Numbered from the whole stretch's first letter, positions 39,704 to 53,899 are shown. The stretch: DNA of 63,573 bases, filler included, from Choristocarpus tenellus KU-1152 (GCA_964200185.2; 10 parts of 10 records of this genome joined end to end with filler, not necessarily neighbours in it); one strand, 5' to 3'. Notes: generated from the letters alone by a model not told the origin. Translations and numbers: made by a program.

Positions 39704-42359
39704 GGTAATTGCATTAAAAAGCACAAGAGGTTAGTGGAGTTAGAGTTGGATGAATACAGTTTTGGCACAGAGGGTTGGCGGTGAGCGATAGCATTGATCG
39801 GAACAAAAAAAAATTGTGGAGTGCAGCAGGAGAGATAGGAGAGCACAGGAGAATGTTGCCTAAACTCTGACACCTGACCGATGTACTTCCAAAAATGAGA
39901 CTCTTTTCTTAGAAGAAAACTGACCCTACCCTTAACAATAAGCTCTTTAACGTGGGGAGTGAGGTTAGGGTGTTTGGAGTGCATAGCAAAATCAGTGTTA
40001 CGAATTTGTACATTTCAGTAGTGTCGGGTTTATCCACTCCATTACATCTTCTTTAATTGCTTCTTGTTTCTATAGCAACACCCTGCTTTTGTGGCTGCTA
40101 TATAGAACATTAAGTAATCTCGCACTAGTCTGTGTTACTATGCGTGTTGCACTTAAACGTTCACAGGATAACATGACAAGCTAGCGAGACTCCACATTTA
40201 TTATTTGAACATGGTAGACAGCAGGTCAAGAAAGTTGTTGGAGCAAAGTAAAGGTTATGTTTCAGTCGGGAATTAGAGTCTTGGTCTCTCACAAAATCCT
40301 GTGCAGAGAATGTGGGGTCAAGCACACATTTGTGATACTTCTACATGTACACCAAACTTGAGTTTTCACATAACCTATCCTACCCTACCTACAAAGAGAT
40401 CTTGACCACAGGTTTAGAATTTCATCATCCCCTTCGTGTGCGAACTTTCATTCATATCTACTTACCGATTAGAGGATAATAGCCTTGGGTGTTTGATCAA
40501 TACGTCTACCGGGAAATTACTACGGACCCTAGAGCCTACACCGAAAGGGTTTTATCTCACTTCGTTCCAGTTTACCTGGTCGGTGAGATGGATAGCGCTC
40601 TCCCACCGGTGGCCTTACTACGGGCTGCCGTCCCTGCTGGGACGAAGGCAGAGGCAAAGCCAGCTTGGACACCCAAGATAGCTGATATGGATAGAGCCTT
40701 CATATTCTGCCAACCGGAAACGGGGCAGAAAGGAACCAAAGGTACTGGTGTTCAAAGGCAGTTCCAAATCAAGCAAAAATGAGACGTGCAGTTTGATGCC
40801 CTAGTCTAATTCTCACCCCTGATGTAACTTGACGCGTGGGATCAAACCCCTTTGCATGCGGATTTCCTTAAATATTGCAAAGCATGGTTCGCCGCAAGAA
40901 ACTTTGTATGAGCATCGGAAGACAGAGTGGGAGTACCGTTCGATGCAGGTAAAAAAATTGAGCTCCAACACACTTTGCATCACCGTTAATCTCTTAACAT
41001 AGAGTTGAGACGATCCTTAATTTTACATGTTAGTTACATATTAGAGACGCATTGAGGCACAAACATATGAACGCTACGCCCGAATCCAGGCAAATTGTTG
41101 CCATTAACGTCACCAGTTGAACCACCTGGTAGGCACGAGAAACAGGTAGAACACTCCCTAGTCCTGTGCAATCACCAGGTTAGTCTGAGTTTCAGAAAGG
41201 CTTTCTGTGGGTGATAATTTGTTGTGTACAACAACAATGGTCAGTACCACTCTCGACTCGATCATCCTCAATAAAGAATAATATTGGCAAATCATGTAAA
41301 TCCTCAATTTGCATTCCTTTTTCATACATTTTTTTACATGAACCTTGATTTGGCAAACTCTAAGATTTAGTAATGACAACACATTTTCTCCGGTATCTTA
41401 CTTACCCTTTAATATCTTCCAATATGCCATACTTCAATAACTTCTAGTTCATTGGTTTCAAATTCACCACCTCGTTCCAACTTTCAACAGTTTGTAGAAT
41501 AAATTATTCCATATGTTCCATATTATTTTTGAAGCGCCTGGAACTCTTTCATGGAGTAAAAATGGACGGTATCATTCCACTTGCTTGAACTCCATCCAAT
41601 GAAAAGATACGAACAAGAAACTTTTCATTGGTTTTTCTCCAAAGTGTTAGATTAGATGTGGAATCCCTCTTCCAAAAATTCCAATATGCCATACTTCAAT
41701 AACTTCTAGTTCATTGGTTTCAAATTCACCAGCTCGTTCCAAGTTTCAATAGTCTGTAAAACAAGTATATATTTAATTGGGTCCTTGTGCTATTGGTTCG
41801 ACTTTTCCGACACATTTCAAAATGGGAGAGGCTGTAATATATTTTTTGGGGTTATTTTGACCTGTAAGAATAGTTTTCATTGATTTTTCTCCTGAGACAT
41901 CTGGAAAATGTCAGAGGCTATGATAATAAATGACATCTATCAAGCTGTTAGAGTAGTAGAGGTAATATGTGAGAGCCATCTTTCAAAGAAGGTATACCTC
42001 TAAGGGAACCTATCTTGAAGAATTTGTTGTTCCTATGATATTGGTTTTTGCATGTTCAAGTTAACATCTGCTTGAAGTGAATGACGGGTGATTTGAGGGG
42101 ACCTCGCAAACCCCCCCCATACACCTTTTACTTGCTCGCTCTTTCTTGAGTGATCTTCTGAGGGATTGCTCTTCCTCTTGCCTTGTCTCTCTCTATTTTC
42201 TTACCTCCTGTGGGTCTTCCCACTCCCCTTCAGTCTGAAGAACCTGTCGACTTGTTTCCATTTATTTCGAGGTAGTGACGACAGCAGGACTAATATCCTA
42301 ATAATATATTTATAATAATAAAAATATATATATATATAATATACTCACCACAGCAGATG

Positions 42360-43040
42360 ATTAGATCCCTAAGGAGGGAGGCCCTATCTAATAGGTAGGT
42401 GCCCAGTGGCAGGGTGCAGAAAGCAAAACGTGGACACTAGACACCCTCGTACCTGCCCTAGGGAAGGAGGACATGTCCGCCAACACACACCAATGGTGAC
42501 GCGTCTAGGTCAACTCTGCAAAGGAATGGCCTCCCCTTGCACTATGGAGGACTCTATTCCATTCACAGTGGATCGGAATATCTGTATGGATCTGGTCTTC
42601 CATGCCAGGCCACTTGCAGATGCCGAATCTGCCCCCTACCAGGATAAAGGCCTCCTTCTGGATGTCACATTTGCGTTAAGTGCAAGCAGCCTCCCATCTG
42701 CCACACTCATCCACCAGCAGTGGCGTAGCTTCTGCTGCAGTTGAGGCTCGAAATCGCACCCACTACGAGGATTCTTTTGACCCTAGTAGTAGTAATCTCA
42801 ACATCTTCGTGATGGAAGGTTTTGGGCGCCTCGGTAAGCAAACAGAAAGGTTTCTGGATAAGTTGGCTTCGCACTTAGTAGAGGGGAGAGGGACGGAGGG
42901 CTACAGCAGGAAAGGCGCTGTCAGATCCCGTTTATGACAGGTAGTGTCTTTCAAAACTCAAGGAGCTCTACCAAGATTTGCCATGCGTTTTAAACTGGAG
43001 ATACCAGGGAGATGGGCATGGAGGGGCCTGTCAGATTCTT
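42360..43040 (+). mobile_element. 3' end of RLE-type non-LTR retrotransposon (Zn knuckle plus restriction-like endonuclease)
   Basis: CPVAGC...H..TC...GGHVRQH...MDLV...LLLDVT...EARNRTHY...FVMEGFGRLG; frameshifted. Confidence 0.85.
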
Positions 43041-46000
43041 AGGATGCTTCCCGAGCTCCTCGCCTGGTGGTGTAGGGCTAAGCTAGGTTGGAGGAATTGG
43101 AGGGGAGTGATGCAACATAGCAGGTAGGCAAATAGTAAATATACTATAGAAAAATACCGTTCACATTTACAACAACTGTTACTTTTTCACGGGTCTTAAA
43201 ATATACAATTTGACTTTTCATTGGCTTTTCTCCTGAAACATCTGGCAAAATGCCAGAGGCCCAAAAATATATAATAATTTAACATAACTGCAAATCCCTA
43301 CATTTAGAATGAGACTTCGCAAACTCGAGCCCTCTTTGCTGTCTGTGGGAAATTGAATTCTTTAGCACTAATCGTTATGGATACAAAGTTGTCTTGTTGT
43401 GTCAAAATCCCTGACAACTATAGACACGACATGGAGGGTTTTCCTTGTATAGCTGAGGCGTTTGCACTATTTTGTGTTTGGACCATATTTGGTCCTTGAC
43501 AGGACCTATGCCCACTCCTTAAACAAATAATAGAGCCGTACGACCCAACGTGGGGTGGAGACCTGACAAGCCATCAAAGATCAGTTCCTGTGGTTGAACT
43601 GTCTTTAGAACGTAAGAACATCAGAAAGGCCGGATGTGGAATGGTTCCTCTTTTGTAATTCTTGTTCGATATCTCATATCTGAAATCTGCGTTGTTGATG
43701 GTTACATAATCGAATGATTCTCTTGTACTAGTCGGTTTTGATTTGGGAAAAAAGTATGCAAAGAATACCATAAAAAAATAAGTATTTTTCCCAATTTGAT
43801 TATGCACTCTCTTTTTTCATTCCACAAAGAGGAGGGAATACAAAATGCCTGGAGTAAGTTAGGTTGTGAATGATGCTCACCAACTACAATCATACTGAAG
43901 CAGTACAAGATGTACCGTGTGTGTGTCTGACTTGTATTGTGCAAGATGCCATTGGCATAAATATATGATACACAACGAGTAGTACGTAGTAATAATGTAC
44001 TTCAAACAAATTGCAGCAACTACACACACCACCCTTTTTAACATATGATCTATACAATTTATCCATTTTTAACCATGTATCGAGATTTTTCCAATATATA
44101 CACAGAGTCCACATTTATCCAGGAGACTTCCGTCAGCAAACAATTTAATCCCTTCCTGCCCATATACATAGAGGGATTCATTTCCTTACTCATACCTTGC
44201 GCAGCAGCATGTCATGGGTCACTGTTTTCTCCATTACGGAACATTAGTGCTGCTAGGTCACGTGGACCATTTGTCCCTCACGCACAATTTGACGTACCAC
44301 ATTTTCAACTTGTATGGTCATGTAACTGGTGTGCCATTATGATGATTTACCTCATTATTGGATTCACTTCACTCTATGGACCAACCCGGCCTATGGTCAC
44401 AGTCACTACATTGCAACACATTACTTATCACTGAGTACTACCAAAGTACCGTTGAGTACAACTGTACAACAATTTTGAAACAACCTATGCGTATGTTGCT
44501 TGTAGTGCTTTGGGTTCACCCATCCCACCAATCGTCAGTGAGTCAAAGTTAACGAGAGGTTCCCAGAATTGCATTTTAAGGATGCTGATGCGTTTGTAAA
44601 AATATGTCGAAATTTCGTCTTTTTTAATAAATGTGTAGAGCATATTTTCTGAATTTTTCGGGAAAAGTTTCAAACAGCAGAGAAAAAACGCTCTAAAGTC
44701 AAATTCAGAACTTCATCCGTACAAATATGGGGGAATTGCAAAATATGAAGAGACAGACTTCAAATGCAATAAACGACCAAAACCTGGGTACCTCTCGTTT
44801 ACTTTGGCTCAGTTCACCTTTCTTCCCCTAAATCTTGTACAGTACTCGCCTTAGCGTCCCTCTCCAATGAAAAGGTCTAATGTCGGAAAACAATACATCA
44901 CCAACTGCATTGTCATAGTGCACAGACAGGAAGGAGTATGCAAAGATCACCATAACTACATACACATGCCCATATTTAAGCATGATGCTCCTCTTCACTA
45001 TATCCTTGAGATTATACAAGCATAACAGGTTGTGGGTACAACGCCAAGAATCAATTCACTCTTCTAGGACCACTAACGCTTTGCCGCAGACATTGATGAG
45101 CTACTTGTGTGGTTGGGGGAAAGCACCTGCTCCAACAAGTTGATTTCTATTTAGTGTGATGTCGTCTTCTACGTCCTTGGGATTTTAGATTTTCACCAAT
45201 TGTGCCTCTTGTGTTTAGGATGGTAGCACATACACCTGTTGATATAGTGGGAGGCCAGGATAAGATTCATCTGTGGAGTGAAATAGTAACAAGTTCGAGG
45301 ACCTGTGGAAATCTCGTGCAACACACGGTTTTATTGGGAGGAAGTGCTGTTGACTGCTGCAAGACAACAGTGGCAAAAGGGTTCACCATTACAAAGTAAC
45401 CCACCACAACTGCAATCCCGGACTATGTCTTTGGCATGGCCCACCTCTGCTAGCCGTTTATTCATTTGGATGATGCGGATAGTGTCAAATCTGTGAGTAG
45501 TGGGACCATACAAAACATCGCCTGACAAGTGGAGCAGGGTGAAAAACATTTCAGTGCGGAAGGGATCCATACTAATCCATCTCCACACTCTTTTCTTAAC
45601 TGAGAGCATCTTCCTATGCGCACACATCGTGTTTTCCAGAGTTGAGGGTTGTTGGGTTCCCTTTTGATGGTCGACTAGTTCCTGTGGACAGTTTTGTCAC
45701 CTACGGGCCAATGTGGTTCATGTTGTACACGTGTAGTGTTTACTCTACATTCAAGAAGCAGCATATCGTACTTTGGAAGTACTTGGGGGGTAACATTTCC
45801 ATCCCAAGGTTTGCATCCGTATTATGGCGAGCTATCAATGAAGTGACATGCCAACATACATCCATGGGTAAGAAATGCACGGAAACATACAGAAATAAAT
45901 CGTCATGCAGACTTCGATGCATGTATGACGCTACTTCATAACATGGCATTGATATATATCAAGAATCAAGAAATGTTCTGACATCTAACTCAAATAAGGT

Positions 46001-46780
46001 TCTTGCATAATATAATAGACTACAGCTCCATCAATATTGAGTGGTTGAAAGGTTGAGTAGACAACCCTCCACCACCTTCACACACAAATGCACCCAACTG
46101 TGTATGCTACAGATAATGATGTGCAACAACATAGAGTAGCCATCGCCAATAGAGCATTAGTGTGGATGCATTTTTTCTACTCCTTATGTGCCTCCTGGAC
46201 CCCACTTGGGTAACCATTCACATATATTGTTTGGTTCGTGTGGTACACCTACCTTCACTACGCTCAGCCTTATTCTGGAGGTGTCCTTTGTCAAGACAGT
46301 AGTGATGCGAAAGAGGAACATCTCAAAAAATAATTCCCTCCGAATATGTAGTAAGTTGAATGTCAACCTCTCTACCAGATTGGATTTCATCACCTCCTCT
46401 ACCTGCCACCATATTCGGAGCAGTCACCCCTACTGTCTCTACATCTCATCCCAGCGTCATAGAGTTGTACAATACCTGATAGTGGGTAGCCTTTTTCTCA
46501 TGACTATGTGTCACAGGCAATGTGTCTTAATGGCGGTTTCGTAAACCCCGTTATGACCCTGACCCAAAGTATCTGGGGGGGGGGGGGGGTTCTACACCAG
46601 GGGGTCCCTTTGAACCAAAACCAGGAAAAGGGGCAGAGCGNNNNNNNNNNNNNNNNNNNNNNNNNNNNNNNNNNNNNNNNNNNNTTAATTAATTAANNNN
46701 NNNNNNNNNNNNNNNNNNNNNNNNNNNNNNNNNNNNNNNNGGGGCGGGGCGGGTGTGCGGGGGAGGTGTGGGTGGGGGGG

Positions 46781-46846
<66 letters not shown>

Positions 46847-46962
46847 GGAACTCGCAACAGGTGTTATCCCCGGTTGCCCGTGCCCCACCCTTACATCATG
46901 CCGTCCACATGACCACAGCGTTTATGCCGTTTACAAGGACCCTACACCCCCCCGTTCTCCAG

Positions 46963-47289
46963 GTGCTATGGATCTTCTGTGTTGCCTCTCCGGATGGACG
47001 TGCCTTCACGCAGCTGCTCCTGGACGTGGAAACCCTTCAGTTCTGTGTTCGAAGTTCTGCAGTTAAAGGGGAAGAGGTTCGGTTCCGCACACCGGCCCAC
47101 CTTGCCTGTGGAGGGTCTCGGGCGTGGCACCATGTGGCGTTGACACATGCCCGCCCCAAGAGTCGTATCCTTGGCAACTTCGACAAGCTGTCTTTGTGGG
47201 TGGATGGCGAGCTTGCGGACACTGTCAAGGTACTCACTACTATTTGCTCTTTTTTTGGTTGCTGTGCTGCCCCTGCCAGTCCTGTCCTC

Positions 47290-47357
<68 letters not shown>

Positions 47358-50300
47358 GCTTAGCTGAAGTGTTTTGGATATTAGAATGCAATCCCATGCC
47401 CTGAATGATGCTTTCCTGGAGGTTGCATATTATTTGTACTTTGAACTGTTGGTTATAGTTTTTATGTAGGGCTTGAACATAAGAGAGGGACCCCTCTTTT
47501 CCCTCACCTCTTCCCTCTGTTTTTCCTACTACTCCCCCCCCCCCCCCCCCCCGAATCAAAGGTTGATTCCATGAGCTTTACCACAGGGGAAGGCCCTGCT
47601 GAGGCCTACATGGGCTGCCCGCACCCACAAGCATTCCTCAACCCCTCTGTTGGGGGCACTGTTAGCCCTCTGTGGCACCTGGGGCCCTGTGCCCTGCTGA
47701 CTGAAGTGGTGGACTTGGCGCCTGTCATGTTTGCAGCGGGCCCTGAGTACACTGGCATGTGGGCTGGTGAGGAGCCAATGGAGGCATCATCGTCTGCGAA
47801 TGCCTCGGGGACTCTGCGGAGATTGCAGGTATGGATTTAGGGCAGGAAGGACTGACTAAGGAGTGAATTTGGGGCGATGACTGGGTAGAGGAGTGGGGAA
47901 AGGGTGAAGGTTGGGGAGGGGGGCTGTCAGGGCAGGATGAGGGGGGTAGGGGTTTAGGGGAAGCTTGGTGGCCTCTACATTGTTTTGGCTTTGTGGTTCC
48001 TCTTTTTCGTGTTTAGTTCCCCTTGCTCAGGGCTGGTGCTATATTTCTATAGCAACCCCAATGGCAGCTGTAGCAACCCAGTAGCACTGTATTGTATCTC
48101 ACTGTAACTTTTTTCCCCATTTTTTTTTCTTAACTGTTGGTGATGACAAATGATCACTGGGGTGTTGGTCTTACCTCCACCCCGTTCATTGACCTTGCTG
48201 TGTTCTTAGGTACTGTTCTTAGGTACTGTTCTTAGGTACTGTGCTTAGGTGCTGTTCTTAGGTACTGTTCTTAGGTACTGTGCTTAGGTACTGTGCTTAG
48301 GTACTGTGCAGGAACAACTCTCCTTTGTGTTGCCTACCTTGTTAGCCTTCATTGCCTATTTTCATTGGATAGGAGGCTCTTTCAAGTTTAACCGCCCCAC
48401 TTTTTTCTTGTGAGCATTCATGAACCTATCCCCTACTCCAGCTGATGCTGTGCCTGTCTTCCTTGCTGATACAAAAATATATTATTTTGAAGAACTTGCT
48501 ATAGACGGTGTGGGGATCAGTTGGTGGTCTATTTGAAAGATGGCTGAGTTAGCTTGATTCTTAGAATGGAAACGTTTATGCGAGATGAGTTATATTTGAA
48601 GAGTTTAGGAAGGTCTGGACTGTGTTGAAACATAGGCTACTTATCTTTTGCGTTATTGATATTATACTCCTTAGGGTTAGGGTTAGGGTTAGGGTTAGGG
48701 TTAGGGTTAGTCTCTTCCTTTATGCATCTACCTCTTCGGGATGACCTCCGATTTCAAAACGGATTTTTGCATTGGATTCCTGAGAAACGTTTATGCAAGA
48801 TGAGTTATATTTGAAGAGTATAGGAAGGTCTGGACTGTGTTGAAGCTTTGGTTACTCATCTTTTGTGTTTTGGAATATAATACTCCCTCTGTCCCATAAG
48901 TCTGTTCCTTTATGCCTGTAACTCTTTGGTATGACCTCCACCAATTCAGCGCCTTCTTGTGGGACTATGCCCGCCTAATCTTTGTTCCACATTTTCAGAA
49001 CGACTTCGGGATACATAGTTTCAAATGTAACTCATGTAATGTAAATTTTTCTGAGGAATCCAACGCAAATATCCGTTTTGAAATCGGAGGTCACCTCAAA
49101 GAGGTACATAGCATAAAGGAACAGAATTACGAGACAGAGGGAGTATGTGGGAACTGTAATATTCAAAACCTGGTTCTTGGTGAGAAGAAACAGTGTCCAC
49201 CATATGATACTGTTGAATTGTACTTCCATTACCCACTCCGCTATCGCCCCCTCAACTCCCTCAACTCCCTCAACTCCCTAAAAAGCCCCACCTCACCCAA
49301 TTTATACCCCCGCTCCCCCCTCTCCAAATGCCATGACACAAAAACTTCACCTGTCCACCATTCACGCACACCTTGTCCTCTAGAGTACACGTAAACAAGA
49401 TGGATGTGCCACCCCACCATTGCTCCTCACCTTCTTAGACACACCCACTACACCACCCTCACCTGCTCCTTCCCATTTCTTCCCCTGCCCATTCCCAACT
49501 GTCTCACTGTATGTAGACTTTGGGAGGCGATGCTGGTTTCTCAGCTCTCGGAGGGGACGTGCCCCATGCCCTTGCTCGTCGGGGCCTCCGTGACCTGGAT
49601 AAGTGTTTCAATGTGACGGACCGAATCTTCTATTGGCGCCCAGCTGATCAGGCACACATGACGGATACTTTCTACCTTCTGCTGTCACCGGAGCAGATTA
49701 CCTTTGCGTTCCAGCCAAGGTGAAGGGAAGCAGAAGTACTTTGTGGTGAAGTAGTCGCTGCTGGTGTGAAGTACGTGGCCAGTTGGATGGTGAAGTATTT
49801 GTTGCTCAACCTTACTTCTATACTCTGGTGTAATGCAGAGAGGAAGTTTTAATGTAGTGAGGTGTTGTAGGGATGGTATTGCTGTAGTGTGTGGCGTGGG
49901 ATGCGGAGAGTATGTGAGGTGTGAAGTGATGGTCTGAGGCGTTGCGTTGGGGATAGGTGAAGAGTATGGTGTGGTGGTGAAAGACGCAATGTGCTCAGTG
50001 TAGTGAGTGTATGGCTGGTATGTGATAGTAGTTATTATTTTAGTGGGATTGTTATTAATGTTTTACACCGGGTGCTAGTCATACTACATGCATAAATCTG
50101 TTTACTTCCAACACTTGCAAGCATGTGTTACTACATCAACCAAGTATGCATAGTTCGCTCCTCTTGTTCAAGTATGTAGACCTCTGTGGCAGTAGTTGTC
50201 ACTCTACACTTTCCTTACTAGAAAGAAGACCTTTTCCCACATGCCACTCACATCCCTACACCTCACTACCTCCTCCTACTTTCACAAGGCACATGGAGAG

Positions 50301-51011
50301 GCCTGGAGGATCTGGCACATACCCTGGAGCAGTCTCTACTACAGCATCAACCACTGCTGCAGTCACTGCTGCAGCCACTGCTGCTACTGCTGCCACTGCA
50401 GCTGCTGCTGCTGCGACACCCACCCGCCAGAGGTCCAGCTCAGTGGGGGAAAGCCGATCTACCAGTCCCTCTTGCCGGAGTAGCTCATCCATAGCTGCAG
50501 TTGCTGCAGCTGCGGCCTCAGCAGCTTCTGCCTCTGTGGCAGCATTCAGTGCAGCTTCAGCAGCAGCAGAGGCAGCGACACCACAGTTGACAACGAGGGT
50601 ATCTGCATCAGCACGCCGATCAGCTGCAGCAGGGTCACAGTTGGTGACAGGCTGGCTTTTCAACACTGCTCGTGAGACCTCACCAGCTCCTCGGGCACCT
50701 GCTCCGGTGGGCTGTGTGTATGGGGAGGGTGTTGGCTGCTCGCCGTCAGGGTTGCCACGGGCAATCTCTGGGTCCGGAGGGCCTGCGATCCTGTTTCCCC
50801 TGGTGCGACGCGCACAGACTGAGAAGGGACTGTGTGCTGTGCTAAGGTTGATTGCAGCTGTGGTGAGGGGAGGGGGGGTGCCCAGTGCTGGTTACATGCA
50901 GTCTGGGGGAGGGTACCTGGTGCTGGCTGGATTGCTGAGGGAGAAGAGGGGACTGCTTGGGCCTCAGGTTGCGAGGGAGTGTTTTGCCATGTCAATTGAT
51001 GAGGCACCGGA
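46963..51011 (+). CDS. Internal exons of a BEACH-domain protein (WDFY3/ALFY/SPIRRIG type; ConA-like and ARM region); partial
   Basis: Exons 46963-47229, 47562-47828, 49517-49719, 50289-~51011. WHHVALTH...LSLWVDGE, WHLGP...GPEYTG, GGPAILFPLV..AQT...MQSGGGYLVLAGLLREK. Confidence 0.85.
47292..47352. repeat. (GT)n microsatellite
   Basis: Direct observation, intronic. Confidence 0.97.
48200..48309. repeat. 13-bp minisatellite (TTAGGTACTGT(T/G)C) x ~8
   Basis: Direct observation. Confidence 0.95.
48671..48710 (+). repeat. Interstitial telomere-type repeat (TTAGGG)6TTAG
   Basis: Direct observation. Confidence 0.95.
48883..49143. mobile_element. Stowaway-like (mariner) MITE
   Basis: TA-CTCCCTCTGTCCCATAA...TTACGAGACAGAGGGAG-TA: Stowaway-type TIR and TA TSD. 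Confidence 0.88.
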
Positions 51012-51188
51012 GGTGGTTGGGGTGGGTGAGGTGGGTGAGGTGGGTAGGTGGGGTGGGGGCGGTGAGGTGANNNNNNNNNNNNNNNNNNNNNNNNNNNNNN
51101 NNNNNNNNNNNNNNTTAATTAATTAANNNNNNNNNNNNNNNNNNNNNNNNNNNNNNNNNNNNNNNNNNNNAAGACACAGGGGGGGCGC

Positions 51189-51233
<45 letters not shown>

Positions 51234-51648
51234 AAGAGATGACTGTGGAGTTGGTGCATGCATTAGAGCCGCTGTGTCTTCATTTAACATCAAACCCTTC
51301 ACGCTTTGCTAGCAACAGAGTGTGGAGGTATACACGGACTGGGCCAGCAAAGGTGCACACATATACCCTCAAAACAAAATCATATCAATCCAGATATACT
51401 ACCAAACCCATTAGTGCACACTCACCAAAGTCGTTGCATGGTTTGAGCCGTAGATATAATGCTCCCTATGATACCTACAGGAGCATACCTTGTATGTATG
51501 TACAACAACTCCTCACAGAGACGAAAGACCTCCAAATAACTGTACACCACCCCCACCTCTACACACACACACATACACATCCAGGACCCACTCACCTCCC
51601 TTTTCCCATCTGCTGGTCGCCCCTTTGTATCCCAACCTCTCATCTCAC

Positions 51649-53899
51649 CTTGACCAGCCCAGCAATATCCGTGATGGTCATGTTGGGAGGGACCTCACTG
51701 GCTGGCTTGTACTTGGTGCAGAGCCACTTGAAACGCTGGTCTGGGACTGGTACAATGGCCACATTGGGGTCAATGGTGCAGAACGGGAAGTTCTCGGCAG
51801 GAACATTCATCTTGGACAAGAGGTTGAAAAAGCTGGGCATTACCGAGTTATTTTCAAATCCGTAACGCAATCGATAGAAACGTATTGAACACAAAAGGGG
51901 GGGGGGGGGATAGTACGGGGGAGATGAGATAGAGTCAGCGCAGGGAAGGACCCTGCTGGGGAGGGAAGGGAGGGTAACAAAAGAAAACCACCATGAGCGT
52001 TTTTTTGGCACAACTCAATGCCAGCTTTGATTCTAAAAAGGAAAGGTGGAATCAGATGAACCGTTCATGTTTTTTCTGGTGTGGGGCACATTTATCTGTA
52101 CATGTGTGCATGAAGGTCAATTACTAATCAGCATCTTGGTCAAGGGGATGCAGGGCGTGAAGGAGGCACAACTATGGTACTGAATCAGACCAGAGCTGTA
52201 CCCCGTATCATTTCGAAGCACCGAAGTTTACGCTTGTGGAAGGGATTGATTGACAAAGGATTCATTGACAAAACCAATTGGGGCAAGCAATAGTGAAGGT
52301 CAGAAGAGACTTTGTCAGAAATAATCAGGGGAGGGGGGTAGAATGAAGGAATCTCCATGAAATTCAAGATCAGGCATCAACTCATCACAGTTCAAACTAT
52401 TAAAACACAGGCACAGCACCTAAGGAACGAAGCAGCTTTGTGATCTCAAGCTGCACAGGTTGAATTTCGGTACTGGTTGGGCAAAACGGGGGCACTTAGA
52501 AATATTGAATTAGACCAAGTAGATTTCTCACTTCTCACAGAGCTAGGACACAGTATAATTGTGGTGTCAGGTGACACTATTAATGCGGCAAACCGTTACA
52601 GGTTTTGTAGTGAGTGCGAAGGGTTTCTTGAAAACACAAAAATTGTCTGAAGTTCCAATTCTTCCAAGCTCGTCGCTTGTTTTTCAACCTTTGAGGGATG
52701 AAGAGGAGAGACTAGCGGTGCTGGTTCAAGGTACAAGGTGACAGAGAAGCAACTGAAGCTTGCTGAAATACAGAGTCGTTCAAAAGACACAGTTGAAAGA
52801 ATGTAGCATCCTGTGCGGGGTTCAAACAAGGGAAAACAACACATGAGGAGGTATACAACAAAGGCAGGAACACCATCTTGTGACACACCCAAATCATTCC
52901 CTCATAGTCATTGACACGAGATGTAGTGTGCTACCACTAACTTCTACATAAGTAGACCCTGGGATACAATGCGCACATACCTGGACTTGCCCACGTTAGG
53001 CACTCCAACGATACCTATCTTGACGTTATTCCCAGGTCGGCCCAAGAGCACCTTTTTGGGGGGCTCCTCACCCTGGGCAAGAATGGGAAGGGAGAAATGC
53101 TGTTTCAGTACTCGGGGTTTGACCGTTGGTGAAGATCAAATTTTGGGAAGTTGGACAGGGAGGGAATATGTCGATCAAAAATAGTCCAGGGATGTAGTGC
53201 TTGGACACCCAATCTCTGTCTACACGGCGAGGGTCGAAACAGGGTGGCTATGTTTTCGTGAGATTAAGTTCAAGGGCTGTCTGTGCGGGGCTTTGTTGGT
53301 AAGATAGAATGGAGTCGAGACTGAGAAGTCACAATGAAGGATAGGGAGTGTGTGCAATAACTAATGTTATGAAGAGCTGAGGGGGAGGAGACCCGCCTAT
53401 TGATTATTGTCTAGAAGGTACACTTAAGAACTGAGATTCAGAACGGTATCCTGATCGAGCTAGAATTCAGTGAGGTCAGAGGTTAGTATGGTCGGAGGGT
53501 TGCCTAGCCAGAAATCCTACTTGAGAGCAAGCGCTGTCAACGGAAATGGGCAGATGCGATCAGAATAGACAAAAACCTTAACGATGAAGATGATGCAAAG
53601 CCAAAGAGTATCTTGTAGTTAGACATACGATCCTGGAGCATTCCTGGTACTAATTCCACAAGCACCAGCACCTCTGCAAACCCGTCACTCAAGGACCACA
53701 GAACTGACTGTATTGCGAAAGGTGGGCCTTGGCGCACATCAATTTCTAATAGACGATCTCTTTTTTCAAAGTCGGTGGTGACGGTGTAGCAGAACTATCA
53801 CATGAGAAACAGTCCCCAGAAAATCACAGTAGGGTGTAGAGGGGAGGTGTCCAATAGAAGGTTGTAGTTAAGTTTCACCTTTCCCTTCTTCGGAGGCAT
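51649..53899 (-). CDS. OLA1: Obg-like ATPase 1 (YchF family), first three exons; 3' part missing
   Basis: Exons 53879-53899, 52981-53072, 51649-51832 give [43 protein letters not shown]...[12 protein letters not shown]...DIAGLVK. Confidence 0.96.

Noticed and set aside
40489-40782. 97-aa ORF divergent from LOX
   Set aside because: No ATG start, splice context or recognisable motif; left unassigned.
46685-47066. Poly-Gly/poly-Pro ORFs
   Set aside because: Translation of a poly-G tract at a contig end.
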